Assembly: GCA_963801355.1 (NCBI GenBank)
Contig: CAWDEM010000008.1
Span: forward strand, 1,344,001-1,408,000
DNA: 64,000 nt
Reading direction: 5' to 3'
Source of the DNA: Ignavibacteriota bacterium
GTDB taxonomy: Bacteria > Bacteroidota > Ignavibacteria > UBA10030 > UBA6906
The position numbers and the translations under genes were made by a program. Under the pieces are notes generated by a model. That model was not told the DNA's origin and made no database searches. It saw only the letters and a list, made by a program, of their open reading frames with translations. Positions 19,191 through 29,232 of this stretch are shown piece after piece; the stretch's first letter is position 1; the number at the start of each line of letters is the position of its first letter.

Positions 19191-19985
19191 TCAGAGACGG
19201 GATGCTTTGCCGGGTTCGTTCACGAAGTGGACGAAATCTCCCAAAACCAGTTTCACAATATTGTCTTGAGGAAACGCATGCCCCACATGCTGCCGGAAAC
19301 CTTCGGCGTACTGAACGCCCACCATCATTCCGCGCTTCCGCGCGAGGACCTCAAGGGATTTGACGTACTCATTCACGCCGTGATGCGACTTCAACCAACC
19401 GAGCTGACTGTCGTGGCATACGAACATCCTTTCTTTCATCGGCATCATGCCACTGATATCAACGACGGTCGTCGGAGTAATGTCGTTTCCCAGTTTGTCC
19501 TTCCCCTCGAAGGGGTCACAATAGTAGAGATGGGGAATACCCAGGTACGGCTCCGTCCCTCCGATCTCAATATTCTTCATTCCCGCCGTGAAACACGCCG
19601 TTTCGACGACCATACTCGCGACCTCATGATCGACCATATAGTCTTGAGGACTCATCGTGAACACGATTTCCGGTCTGACCCGCCGGATCAGCGCGATGAC
19701 TTTCAAGAGGGTCGGACGATCATAACTGATGAAGATGTCGTCACACTCCATGCAGTGATATTCGCCATTCAAGAGCAGAGCCGAGGCCGCCGCCTCCTTC
19801 CTTCGGACTGCGCTGATCTCCGCCCTGTTCAGTGTTGTCGATCCACAATCTCCTGGTGTCATCGTGGCGATTTCCACGTTCCACCCTTGCTTATGCAATA
19901 ACGCCAGCGTTCCAGCGCACAGGATTTCCACATCATCCGGGTGGGCACCGACGGCCAGTACGGTCTTGACATTGTTTTGAGTCAT
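19191..19985 (-). CDS. PIG-L family N-acetyl-sugar deacetylase
   Basis: AVGAHPDDVE, DYMVDH, HDSQ, YAEGF. Start at 19985 is inferred. Confidence 0.9.
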   Translation of the reverse strand: MTQNNVKTVLAVGAHPDDVEILCAGTLALLHKQGWNVEIATMTPGDCGSTTLNRAEISAVRRKEAAASALLLNGEYHCMECDDIFISYDRPTLLKVIALIRRVRPEIVFTMSPQDYMVDHEVASMVVETACFTAGMKNIEIGGTEPYLGIPHLYYCDPFEGKDKLGNDITPTTVVDISGMMPMKERMFVCHDSQLGWLKSHHGVNEYVKSLEVLARKRGMMVGVQYAEGFRQHVGHAFPQDNIVKLVLGDFVHFVNEPGKASRL

Positions 19986-20086
19986 CGTCACCAGGTTCTC
20001 CGCGGTTGTGAGCGATCTCCAATATCCATCCGCGATCACGGTGCCATTGCCGAAAGCATTTAGCGCTAAACCCGTATGACCCCGAT

Positions 20087-21019
20087 TCAGTGCATTTCGG
20101 TTGTTACAGTTTTGATGGCCGGTCTGAAATAGTTGAACTGGACATTGGGGTGATCTGCGAGGAGAGACATAGGGACAGCTGTGTCGACGATGTTTTTGGC
20201 AATCATGAATGCCGTGAGCCGCATGCCGAAAGGATTGTCGTGAGTTCCTGCGTGCCAGATGGAGACTTTCTCAGACTTCCAGGTTTCGACCGGGCCTACT
20301 GAGAGGGCTTGTTCCGGCACTCCGACGATGTAACCTCCGCCGGAAGTTCTCGCATTCTGCGCCAATGTAATGGGATGCAAATCCACCACCCGTGCCGACA
20401 GTTTCCGGAATTCCCCGGGTGACGGCGGCGCGTCTTGGTACTTTCCTTCCCGCTTGAAGGGATCGTTGAACGCCCAGTGCTTGACTTCTCCTTGCCCCCC
20501 CTGCATCATGACACAGCGGACTTCATCGAAACTGTGTGAGTATTGTTTCAGATTATCCGCCCTGGGGAAGTGAATATTCTCAGTGGGCATTCTCAATTCG
20601 GGCCTGATGTTGTTGAAGCACAATTCCATATCCGCTTTCGCGAATGAAAGCGGATGAGTAATGGGTACTTCCCTGCCATCCACATACCACTCATCCATGC
20701 CCCAGAAGTGACAATTCCGCAAAGGCATGTCCAGGCAATTGACCAGTTCGGCTACGAGCGGCAGTTGTTCGGTCGGCCCGATCGGTCCACATATACCTGT
20801 CGGACTTGATGCTGTCGCTCTTTTCCAGGCGGTGATATATTCGAGCGCTTCATTCATATAGAATGATTCCACCGTCTCGTAAAAAACCACTTTGAATCCC
20901 GGGCGGGAGAGCTGCAGCAAGTCCTTCTCGGTCAATTGTGCTGCATCATGGAGAATATGTTCGTCAAGCGTGGTAAAATCCCACCACTCCTTTGCGAGCA
21001 TACTGGTTGTTCTTGACAC
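20087..21019 (-). CDS. NagB-like glucosamine/galactosamine-6-phosphate isomerase family protein
   Basis: GTG 21019 with GGGGAG upstream. [31 protein letters not shown]. Confidence 0.8.
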   Translation of the reverse strand: MSRTTSMLAKEWWDFTTLDEHILHDAAQLTEKDLLQLSRPGFKVVFYETVESFYMNEALEYITAWKRATASSPTGICGPIGPTEQLPLVAELVNCLDMPLRNCHFWGMDEWYVDGREVPITHPLSFAKADMELCFNNIRPELRMPTENIHFPRADNLKQYSHSFDEVRCVMMQGGQGEVKHWAFNDPFKREGKYQDAPPSPGEFRKLSARVVDLHPITLAQNARTSGGGYIVGVPEQALSVGPVETWKSEKVSIWHAGTHDNPFGMRLTAFMIAKNIVDTAVPMSLLADHPNVQFNYFRPAIKTVTTEMH

Positions 21020-21117
21020 TCTCGTATCTCCCCATGGTGACTGCGGCGAATATGCAATGGACGGCGGAGAAATATTGTAACATATCGTCGGCGTATGTTC
21101 AAGGAGAATCTCAAGGC

Positions 21118-21132
21118 AGGGGTCAGATCCCT
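21118..21132. repeat. Family C short palindrome, intergenic
   Basis: aggggtcagatccct. Confidence 0.55.
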
Positions 21133-21145
21133 CTGTACGCTGCAT

Positions 21146-22627
21146 CTACATGGATTTATCAGGCATTGCAACAGCGGTGGCGTGTGAAGGCATCACGGGA
21201 AATTCCGGCATCCCTATATTCTTCACAAGATCGTCTATCACTATTTCTTTCCCCGCGGCCATGGAGAAATTCGCGGCGACCCCTGTGAGCAGCGAGTACG
21301 CTCCCGCCCTTTGATCGGCACACCGCATGTATTTGTCAGGTGTTGTAGTAGGATTGAAGATGTCCTTCAGCATGAGATCATCGCCGCCGCCATGCCCACC
21401 TTCTCCTTGCCACACATTGACATCATATCCCGCGCCCCTGATGGGGAAGATCTTTGTGTATTCCCCGCCGGCCTTTATGCCGCCCTGAACTCCGCCATCT
21501 CCTGCCACGTATATCGTCTCTTCGATTTTGTGTTCGAGGCGTCCCTTTGTGCCGTTGAAGATGACGTAGTAACCTTCCCACGAGTTGAACGCGTTGAGCG
21601 AATAGCTCATGGTCGCACGGGTACTGTACTTCACCAGGACGTTCATGGTGTCTTCGATGTCAATCTCCGGTCTGAACACGCAACGGTCTCTGAAGTATCC
21701 ATCAAAGTGCTCGTTGTCAAGGTAGAGCGCCTTGAGGTTCGGATTCGCCGCGAGATCCAGTTCGAAACCGCACTTCTGCTTTTCCGGGCACGTTCGGCAT
21801 CTCTCGTGATGGCTTGACAACCCGAACCGTTTTGCCATTTCCGGCGTGTAGAACTCCTTTTTGCCCATCGCAGAGACGGCGACAGGGATCGCGGAAAGCC
21901 ACCAATTCATCAGATCGAAATGGTGCGTCGCCTTGTGCAGCATCAAGCCGTTGGAGAACTGTTTCATGCTGTGCCATCGCCGGAAATAGTCGGCACCGTG
22001 GTGGGTGTTGAGCATCCAGTGGAAATCCGCGGAAAGCACATCACCGATGGCCCCGTTCATCAAGAGATCTTTCACCTGGGTTCGCGCGGGGGAGTAGCGG
22101 TAGTTGAAGCTCACGGTAACCTTCCTGCCGTGCTGTTTTTGCGCCTCGAGAATCTGACGGCACTTCTCATCGGTATTGGTCATCGGTTTTTCCGTGATGA
22201 CATCGCAGCCCAGCTGCATTGCACGGACGATGTAGTGATGATGGGTACTGTCCACTGTTGTCACGATGACCGTATCGGGCTTTGTTTCACGAATCATCAG
22301 GTCAAAGTCTTTTGCATCGTACATGGGGATAGTCTGCCCTGTTTCCTTTTTTGCGAAGTCCTGAGAGAGCTTCAGTCTACCCGCGTTCGTATCGCAGAAA
22401 CCGACCACCTCGCACGTATCGTGAAACATCCGGTAGAGGCCTGCCTGCCACATACGTGTTCTTGATCCGACCCCGACAATCGCATATCGCTTTTTGGAAC
22501 TCAGGGCACGGTACGTGTTCGCAAGGACATTGCCGCCGAGAACTACACCGGCGCCTGAAGCGGCGGTCACCTGGAGAAACCGTCTGCGAGTAATGTCACG
22601 TTGTTGACGTTCGCCATTCGTATTCAT
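21146..22627 (-). CDS. Tat-exported Gfo/Idh/MocA oxidoreductase
   Basis: TRRRFLQ twin-arginine signal, AIVGVGSR, TEKPM, HKATHHFD, GHGGGD. Confidence 0.92.
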   Translation of the reverse strand: MNTNGERQQRDITRRRFLQVTAASGAGVVLGGNVLANTYRALSSKKRYAIVGVGSRTRMWQAGLYRMFHDTCEVVGFCDTNAGRLKLSQDFAKKETGQTIPMYDAKDFDLMIRETKPDTVIVTTVDSTHHHYIVRAMQLGCDVITEKPMTNTDEKCRQILEAQKQHGRKVTVSFNYRYSPARTQVKDLLMNGAIGDVLSADFHWMLNTHHGADYFRRWHSMKQFSNGLMLHKATHHFDLMNWWLSAIPVAVSAMGKKEFYTPEMAKRFGLSSHHERCRTCPEKQKCGFELDLAANPNLKALYLDNEHFDGYFRDRCVFRPEIDIEDTMNVLVKYSTRATMSYSLNAFNSWEGYYVIFNGTKGRLEHKIEETIYVAGDGGVQGGIKAGGEYTKIFPIRGAGYDVNVWQGEGGHGGGDDLMLKDIFNPTTTPDKYMRCADQRAGAYSLLTGVAANFSMAAGKEIVIDDLVKNIGMPEFPVMPSHATAVAMPDKSM

Positions 22628-22684
22628 GGAGTCTCCCTGCGTTATGGTCTTGGGGCGTTGAATTCAGGCCTCAGGATGAAATGA

Positions 22685-22723
22685 GAAGCCTGACTTTGAT
22701 GTCAGGCTTTTTCCCCAGGCTTC
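22685..22723. repeat. Intergenic hairpin GAAGCCTG...CAGGCTTC, related to 17915-17952
   Basis: gaagcctgactttgatgtcaggctttttccccaggcttc versus gaagcctggcttttatgtctgaggatttccccaggctt. Confidence 0.7.
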
Positions 22724-22789
22724 GTTCCCAGTCATGCAACCTTGTCACAATCGGCTGTCTACATCTGACAATCTGTCGCGGTTAGACCC

Positions 22790-24748
22790 CTAGCGGACGA
22801 GCAAGAGTCGCCTGGTCTCTACAAATGCGCCTGCTCCGCTCTTGGAGCCATGCCCGATGGCGGAGCCCAGTGGGCGGACTTGCATTCTGTACAGGTACAC
22901 CCCACTCGACAGACCGCTGCCGTTGAACTGCACTTCGTGATATCCCGCGTCCATCTCCCCGTTGACAAGAGTCACCACTTGCTGGCCAAGAGTGTTGAAA
23001 ACGGTCAGCATGACATGCGACTGATTGGGCAGGCCGTAGCGGATCGTCGTTGACGGGTTGAAGGGATTCGGGTAGTTCTGCCCGAGCGAGTACTCTGAAG
23101 GACATTCAGGTGTCTCGATCACCGAAGCCGAGCCGACCGTGAATGACTTCATCTCAGAAAAGGAGGACCCGGCAAATTCGTGGTCAATCGCCTGGACGCT
23201 CCAATAGTATGTACCCGGAGGAAGATTTCTGAGGGTGGCCGATGTCCGCGTTCCGCACCTGCCGGGTTTGGGCAGGCGGCGGAAACCGGAAGAGAGGTTC
23301 GAGAGAGGCGAGACAATGTCGGTCCCCCCCGGGGTGGTGCCCACTTTCAGATTGTAGGTGATAGCCTTCTGAGCCGTCTCGGTGTCAGATGAGGGGTTCC
23401 ATGTGAACGTTGCACTTCCGGACTCCACCCTTGACGCAAGCCCTTGAGGTGTACCGGGTGATGTGTTTCCCGCAACCAACACTTTGTTCCGGTATAGAAT
23501 CGTTACCGGCTCGAGATCGCCGCCATACGTGGGGTGCGTCCGCGGCAGCGTCGCACCGGTGACCAGCAAATCCAGCCTCCCATCGTTGTCGTAGTCTCCC
23601 CAATCCAGCGACCCAAACCATGTTCCCTCGAGCATCGCACCGATATCCAGAAACTTCCCATCACCGTCATTGTGATAGATCTTTGTCGTCGGATTGGAAC
23701 CGGTCGTGAAATCATCAGCTCCGGACACGGCAATATCGACGAACCCGTCGTTGTCGTAGTCTCCAACTGCAACCGCACTGACCGACACCGGCTTAATCGT
23801 CGTCTCGATCTCGGCAAAGCTGCCGTTTTTGTTGTTGTGGTAGACGGCCGCCGCCGCCAGTCCACCGGATGCCGCACCGGTCACAAGTAGATCCTGAAAG
23901 CCGTCGTTGTCATAGTCAAACCAGATCAGTCCTCCGGAATTCACGGGGCGGAATCCGGCAGTGCTGTCCACCGGATAATACACTTCATCAAAGCTGATGA
24001 CGCCCCGTGACATTGCATTATGGAAGAGGCGGGTCTGGACACCCCAACCATATCCGCTGATCACAACATCCATGAATCCGTCATTGTCGTAATCCGCCCA
24101 CGAAACCGAGCTACCCCACACGCCGGGGAAAGGCATAGGATCCACGTAGAATTGTCCGTTGATCACACGATACAGTTTCGAAGCGAACGACCCCCCGGCA
24201 TCCGGAGAACCATTCATGAGCAGGTCGACACGGCCGTCATTGTCGTAATCCACCCAGGTCACAGCGCCTCCGGAAAGGTTCATCAGCTGGGCACCGATAT
24301 CGATGTATTTGCCGTTGTCGTTTCTATACACTTTTGACGCCGGCTGATTGTGGGTGGTGTCGAGCCATCCCTGGACTGCGAAGTCAATGTCTTCATCGTT
24401 GTCAATATCGGCCCAGGCAAGTCCCCGTTCGGAAATAATCGGACAGATTTGGGCCTCGATATTTGAAAACGATTCGACGTTGTTCCGGTAGACTCCGGAG
24501 ACGGGACCATTCGCGGACATGCCCGCCATAAGAATGTCCAGCCGGCCATCATTGTTATAGTCGAACCAGATCGCACTGCCGGCAATGACACCGGGAATCG
24601 GCAGATCCTGCTTGACCCACGCAATACTGTCTTGCAGAGCACCCCTCCGGGAAAGACGCTCCTCCGCAGAAGTCCATGCGATGCACACAAGCATAAGAAC
24701 AAGAAGGCCTGCGACAACTGAAGCCCGGTCTATCCTGATACTAGACAT
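22790..24748 (-). CDS. T9SS cargo: FG-GAP/VCBS beta-propeller, FN3-like domain and sorting domain
   Basis: AGGAG upstream of ATG 24748. Seven WxDYDNDGxxD repeats, YYWSVQAID and [13 protein letters not shown]. Confidence 0.88.
   Translation of the reverse strand: MSSIRIDRASVVAGLLVLMLVCIAWTSAEERLSRRGALQDSIAWVKQDLPIPGVIAGSAIWFDYNNDGRLDILMAGMSANGPVSGVYRNNVESFSNIEAQICPIISERGLAWADIDNDEDIDFAVQGWLDTTHNQPASKVYRNDNGKYIDIGAQLMNLSGGAVTWVDYDNDGRVDLLMNGSPDAGGSFASKLYRVINGQFYVDPMPFPGVWGSSVSWADYDNDGFMDVVISGYGWGVQTRLFHNAMSRGVISFDEVYYPVDSTAGFRPVNSGGLIWFDYDNDGFQDLLVTGAASGGLAAAAVYHNNKNGSFAEIETTIKPVSVSAVAVGDYDNDGFVDIAVSGADDFTTGSNPTTKIYHNDGDGKFLDIGAMLEGTWFGSLDWGDYDNDGRLDLLVTGATLPRTHPTYGGDLEPVTILYRNKVLVAGNTSPGTPQGLASRVESGSATFTWNPSSDTETAQKAITYNLKVGTTPGGTDIVSPLSNLSSGFRRLPKPGRCGTRTSATLRNLPPGTYYWSVQAIDHEFAGSSFSEMKSFTVGSASVIETPECPSEYSLGQNYPNPFNPSTTIRYGLPNQSHVMLTVFNTLGQQVVTLVNGEMDAGYHEVQFNGSGLSSGVYLYRMQVRPLGSAIGHGSKSGAGAFVETRRLLLVR
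22833..22866. repeat. Family A palindrome copy 2, in-frame
   Basis: GCTCCGC-20 nt-GCGGAGC. Confidence 0.85.
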
Positions 24749-24900
24749 CGCTTTGCTCCTGGTATTAGACGGTGCAAGGGCACGTCGTGTACTTTGCGCT
24801 GGCACCGTGCCGACGAGACGTGTAATTTTCAAGTAAGGGGCCCGGCGACTGCTGGACCCCTGTCAAGTTCTCCCCTCCTCACACGGGAGGACAGATGTTA

Positions 24901-27009
24901 TTACCGCAGCAACACGAATGCGCGTGTCTGAACGAAAACCCCGGTTCCGCTCTTGGAGTCACGCTCGACTGCGGAGTCCGGAGGGCGGGCTTGGATCCTG
25001 TAGTAGTACACACCGCTCGGAAGCCCGCTCCCATCAAACTTCACTTCATGATACCCCTCCTCCTGCTCCCCGTCCTGGAGAATCGCGACCTGCTCACCGA
25101 GAGCGTTGAAAACGGTCAACGCTACGTGTGACCGCTGAGCGAGGCTGTAGCGAATCGTCGTCGAGGGGTTGAAGGGGTTAGGGTAGTTCTGCCAGAGGTA
25201 GAACACGGCCGGATGAGACGTGTGGTCCTCAACCGAGATCACAATTTGGGAGGGCTCAACCACCAGGAATGCAGTGTATGGGGTGAGCACGCTGTACTTG
25301 ATGCTCAGTGCAATGACCTGTGAAACAAGCTCCGGGCTCTCCCCTACGACCTTTATGAGGTCAAGAATACTCTGGATTTTCTGCGCTCCCCAGTACCGGC
25401 CGACAGCCAGCCAAGTGCGGTTTGTATCTGTGAATTTGACATTCTGCTCGATGACGAGAGGCGTTGTGCCCACCGATCCTGTCAACCGTACAAGCGCCGT
25501 CCCCGTTTGAGTGAATCTGCCGGCCGTCAGGAGCTGATCACCCGCATACAAATCCGGCAGTGCGGCGGGATGAATGTCAAAGGCACCCAGGATGCCGAAG
25601 TCCATTGTGACATTCCGGATGCGCGGGAGGAAGAGCCGGCGGTACAGATCTTTTACAGTTATGTAGATACTGTCGTCAGTTTGGACTCTTGTGAAGAAAC
25701 CATTAGTCGTCTTTGCCAGGTTCTCGAGAAGCGTGTAGTCCGGCTCATTGCCTACTCCGACGGGGAACAGCCGCACGTGGCTTGCATTCCAGCGCCGTGT
25801 GTACTGCAATAGCGAATCCGGTGAAATCTCTCCCCAGCTGGGTTGTCCATCGGTAACGAAGATGATCGCGGCATGCACTGAATCGCTATACGACTGCATA
25901 AACGCTTGATGGAGGGCATCCTCAAAATTCGTAAGCCCCAGGGCAGTCAGTCTGGATACGAACGTGCGTGCAGAGTCCTTCGCGGCGGTTGTTGCAGAAA
26001 CAGCATTCCCGCGGAACGCAGCCGTGCCCGTGCTGAAGGCAATGATGTTGAACCGGTCTTTCTCCGTCAACAAATCGATAAACGACGCCAGGGCGTCTTT
26101 CAGCTGAACCAGGCGATCCCCGTCCATGCTCGATGACACATCCGCCACGAAAGTGAGTTCATGCGTCTGGACAGAATCCCCGGCAAGAGAGTCCGGCAAT
26201 GCTGTCCAGAGAAGGAAATAAGGGGACTCCCCCGGGAACTCGGGCGGGACGTAGGTCAGGGGTACCATCGACTTGCCGGCCCGGTCGATGGACGCCCTCA
26301 CGCTGAAGTCACGGGAGAACGCGATATTCTCTGAACCGTAGATAATGGTCCAGTGAAAGTCGTCCTCCCGATTCACGACTACTGCTGTCGTGGACTGGTC
26401 GGCTGAAGTCTCAACCGCGCTGATGGGCAATTGTGAGCGGAGGTCGATAGAGAGCGATGCCGTTTCGATGGCTGCGGAAGTGTAGTCGCTCATGTCGAGC
26501 GGGAAGACATATTGTATGTTCCCCTTGTAATACGTCAAAGGCTGCGAGTACACTATTTCGATGCGCCGGGTATTCCTTGCTTCAAAGGGGAAAATCCGCA
26601 AGCGGAATGTATTGGATCCCAGTTGCTCCAGTATGGCGGGATCCGTCAGGCGCGTGACGATCTCGGTGTACTTCACAATTGCGTCTTCACGCTTCTTCAC
26701 GGTGTAGGGGGTGCGGATACCATTGATCCAGAGATACATCTCATTCACCTGTGCTCCTGCGGGCAAGGTGAACACATAGAAGCCTTCAAGTCGAAACGAG
26801 TTGTCGTTGGCGAATTCCTGGTCCACGCTGGTCACCGCCAGCTGATCATGTATGACGACCTTCGCCTTGAAACTCTTGATCCTGAGGTTGTAGATGGGAC
26901 TGCTGGCGTTGTTCGGAAGCCGCGCGTACACCCGGCCGATGGACCAGGATGTGTCCGTGAGCGTGAGAATGCACGCCATGACTGCAAGACAGCGAATGAG
27001 TGTCTTCAT
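24901..27009 (-). CDS. T9SS cargo: VIT plus von Willebrand A domain protein
   Basis: Signal peptide, VIT (QEFxN...EGxYxFxLP), MIDAS DVSSS...T...[12 protein letters not shown] and sorting domain. Confidence 0.9.
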   Translation of the reverse strand: MKTLIRCLAVMACILTLTDTSWSIGRVYARLPNNASSPIYNLRIKSFKAKVVIHDQLAVTSVDQEFANDNSFRLEGFYVFTLPAGAQVNEMYLWINGIRTPYTVKKREDAIVKYTEIVTRLTDPAILEQLGSNTFRLRIFPFEARNTRRIEIVYSQPLTYYKGNIQYVFPLDMSDYTSAAIETASLSIDLRSQLPISAVETSADQSTTAVVVNREDDFHWTIIYGSENIAFSRDFSVRASIDRAGKSMVPLTYVPPEFPGESPYFLLWTALPDSLAGDSVQTHELTFVADVSSSMDGDRLVQLKDALASFIDLLTEKDRFNIIAFSTGTAAFRGNAVSATTAAKDSARTFVSRLTALGLTNFEDALHQAFMQSYSDSVHAAIIFVTDGQPSWGEISPDSLLQYTRRWNASHVRLFPVGVGNEPDYTLLENLAKTTNGFFTRVQTDDSIYITVKDLYRRLFLPRIRNVTMDFGILGAFDIHPAALPDLYAGDQLLTAGRFTQTGTALVRLTGSVGTTPLVIEQNVKFTDTNRTWLAVGRYWGAQKIQSILDLIKVVGESPELVSQVIALSIKYSVLTPYTAFLVVEPSQIVISVEDHTSHPAVFYLWQNYPNPFNPSTTIRYSLAQRSHVALTVFNALGEQVAILQDGEQEEGYHEVKFDGSGLPSGVYYYRIQARPPDSAVERDSKSGTGVFVQTRAFVLLR
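24944..24977. repeat. Family A palindrome copy 3, in-frame
   Basis: GTTCCGC-20 nt-GCGGAGT. Confidence 0.85.
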
Positions 27010-27021
27010 AGGAAATCCCTC

Positions 27022-29094
27022 TCACTTAATCAACATCATGCGCCCGCCAAGCAGCGCATCACCAAAATCTATGATATAGAAGTAGGCACCCGAGGGGACC
27101 GGAAGACCGCCCTGGCCGGTGGCATTCCACTCCACCCGGTAGTCCCCTGCTCCCTGAACCGCGACCGTCAGTATCCGCACTACCTGTCCGGCGCTGTTAT
27201 AGATTTTCACAAGTACTGGATGATTGAGCGGTTTAGTCACGCGAAATGAAATCACGGTGCCGGCATTGAACGGATTTGGATAGTTACCCAGCAGCTGATA
27301 GCTCTGGGGTACATGTGTGCCCGGCTCCGATGCACCCTGCTCCACCGCAGTGGATGTGCCTCCGGAAAAGCTCGTGAACGGGCTGACGACGCCATAGCGG
27401 AGACTCAGATCAATGATCTCCTTTTTGATCTCTGCAGCCAGGGAGGATCCGGACGGGGCGCTGTAGTACCGAACGAGCAGAAACTCGATCTTCAGCTTTG
27501 CCCACAGTTTTGGCAGGAAGGAGTACTTCTCTACAAGTGTGTCAGCCAAAGAAAGCTGGTATTGATACGATACGGGCCGCCCGAAGCTCGTTCCCGAAAA
27601 CGTCACCGTCCCACCCAGTGCCGAGGTGTACACCCCGCTCACCAGAAGCTGTTGACCTTTGTACAGGTTGGGCAAGGGATTGGGGTACGGTTCGGAAATC
27701 ACGGGTGAAGAGAAACTGATTTTGGGTCCGATCATCACCGGATTCCGGATTGTGTTGTAGAAGTCGATGATGCGCGACTCGAGCTGATCGTTCCCCAGGA
27801 ATTCCGCAACACCGGAATTCAGTGAGGCAATCAATGTCAGAAGTTGCGTGTTGACATCAGAACCGATCCCGAAAGTGAATATGTAGATGGTTTTCCCGGT
27901 GGCCTTGACGGTACGCGAAACGAGGGCAAGTATACTGTCGCTATTGATCTGGCCGGCCGTGGCTTGCCCATCCGTCAGGAAGATAATCAAGTTGGCAGCG
28001 GTATCGGAGACAGACTGGAAATACGGAATCGTTTTCTGGAAGGCCCCTCCGATATTCGTCAGGTTCCGCGCACCAAGCGTGTTGATGTACGCAAGGGCAG
28101 AATCCCGTGTAAACGCTGTGTATGGAACCAGGCCGGCACGGAAGGATGTGATCTGGTCATCGAAATCCACAAGAGTGAACCAATCTCCCTCGTTCAGATT
28201 GTTCACGATGTACTTGGCGGCATTTTGCGCCTGCACAATTTTGGTTCCGTACATACTCCCCGAACGGTCAATGATGACCGCAAAGTTCTTCTTGATCACA
28301 TCCGTGCCGGTCGGGCTTGGCTCGACGACAAATGTGAAATATCCGAGAGTGTCCGATGGCTTCGTGCTGAACGAGAAGAGTCCGAGCTCCGTCGTCCGCA
28401 GGGAGAAGGAAACGACATAATTTGTGTCTGCCGGGGCCAGGTTCCGCTCAAAAGTCACAAGTGCCTGGTTGCCGGAATTGGCGGTGGTCCCTCCGCCGGG
28501 TGTCAGCAGGTTGATCGCTTCGATCGTCCGCTGCGACGAAAGCGAGAAGGTAAACGTCTGAGTCTGCAGCGCTGTTGTCTGGATCGGCCGGTAGTTGTTC
28601 GGGTACAGGTACTGGACGTTGCCGAATTTGTATGGGAGCAGTTCAACATACGTGAGTTCCACGGTCACCAGCGAATCGGGCTTGAGCTTCCTCGGCAGAC
28701 TGAAGAACAGGGGCTTTTCACCAAGGTAGGACTTCAGACTCGCCATCATCGTTGTTCCTGTGCCAGGCAGTGTCGAGTCCTGTGGCTGCGCGACGAAGCT
28801 CGCCTGGTACCAGGTAGATCCTTCTTGCCATCGCAACCGGGTCGCGGTTGCACCGGAGGGCATCGGAAAAGCATAGCTCACCGTGACCTCTGCCGCTGAG
28901 GAATTCATGAACTCTTGGGTCGTCGTCGTCATTGAAACCTGGCTTTCGACGTTGACCTGAACTCTGCTCCAGAGGACCTTGGCATACGTGCCTTTTGTCG
29001 CATCGCTGACGAGAACGCCGGTCGCCGGCGATGTGCTCTGGAGAAGCAGAAGCAACACCAGCACGCCCGGCGCATGCTTCTTTCGAAAGGTCAT
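27022..29094 (-). CDS. T9SS cargo: second VIT plus vWA protein with FlgD-Ig-type sorting domain
   Basis: Start ATG 29094 gives a signal peptide. MIDAS DRSGS...T...TDG, VSPFTSF and LLGNYPNPFNAGT...MMLIK. Confidence 0.88.
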   Translation of the reverse strand: MTFRKKHAPGVLVLLLLLQSTSPATGVLVSDATKGTYAKVLWSRVQVNVESQVSMTTTTQEFMNSSAAEVTVSYAFPMPSGATATRLRWQEGSTWYQASFVAQPQDSTLPGTGTTMMASLKSYLGEKPLFFSLPRKLKPDSLVTVELTYVELLPYKFGNVQYLYPNNYRPIQTTALQTQTFTFSLSSQRTIEAINLLTPGGGTTANSGNQALVTFERNLAPADTNYVVSFSLRTTELGLFSFSTKPSDTLGYFTFVVEPSPTGTDVIKKNFAVIIDRSGSMYGTKIVQAQNAAKYIVNNLNEGDWFTLVDFDDQITSFRAGLVPYTAFTRDSALAYINTLGARNLTNIGGAFQKTIPYFQSVSDTAANLIIFLTDGQATAGQINSDSILALVSRTVKATGKTIYIFTFGIGSDVNTQLLTLIASLNSGVAEFLGNDQLESRIIDFYNTIRNPVMIGPKISFSSPVISEPYPNPLPNLYKGQQLLVSGVYTSALGGTVTFSGTSFGRPVSYQYQLSLADTLVEKYSFLPKLWAKLKIEFLLVRYYSAPSGSSLAAEIKKEIIDLSLRYGVVSPFTSFSGGTSTAVEQGASEPGTHVPQSYQLLGNYPNPFNAGTVISFRVTKPLNHPVLVKIYNSAGQVVRILTVAVQGAGDYRVEWNATGQGGLPVPSGAYFYIIDFGDALLGGRMMLIK

Positions 29095-29232
29095 AAGTTC
29101 ACCTGGCGGAAACCTGCCTTGAGGAAAACACGATGGAGGTGTCGCAAGACTGGTAGGACGGAAGTGCGAACGCCTTCCCGTACGATTGATGTGCATTTGA
29201 GCTTTCGCGCCCCCATGACGGGGCAATCTGCC

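Noticed and set aside
19119-19901. 260-aa plus-strand ORF
   Set aside because: Antisense shadow of the PIG-L deacetylase.
27844-28899. 351-aa plus-strand ORF
   Set aside because: Antisense to the VIT-vWA gene; typical of GC-rich codon bias.
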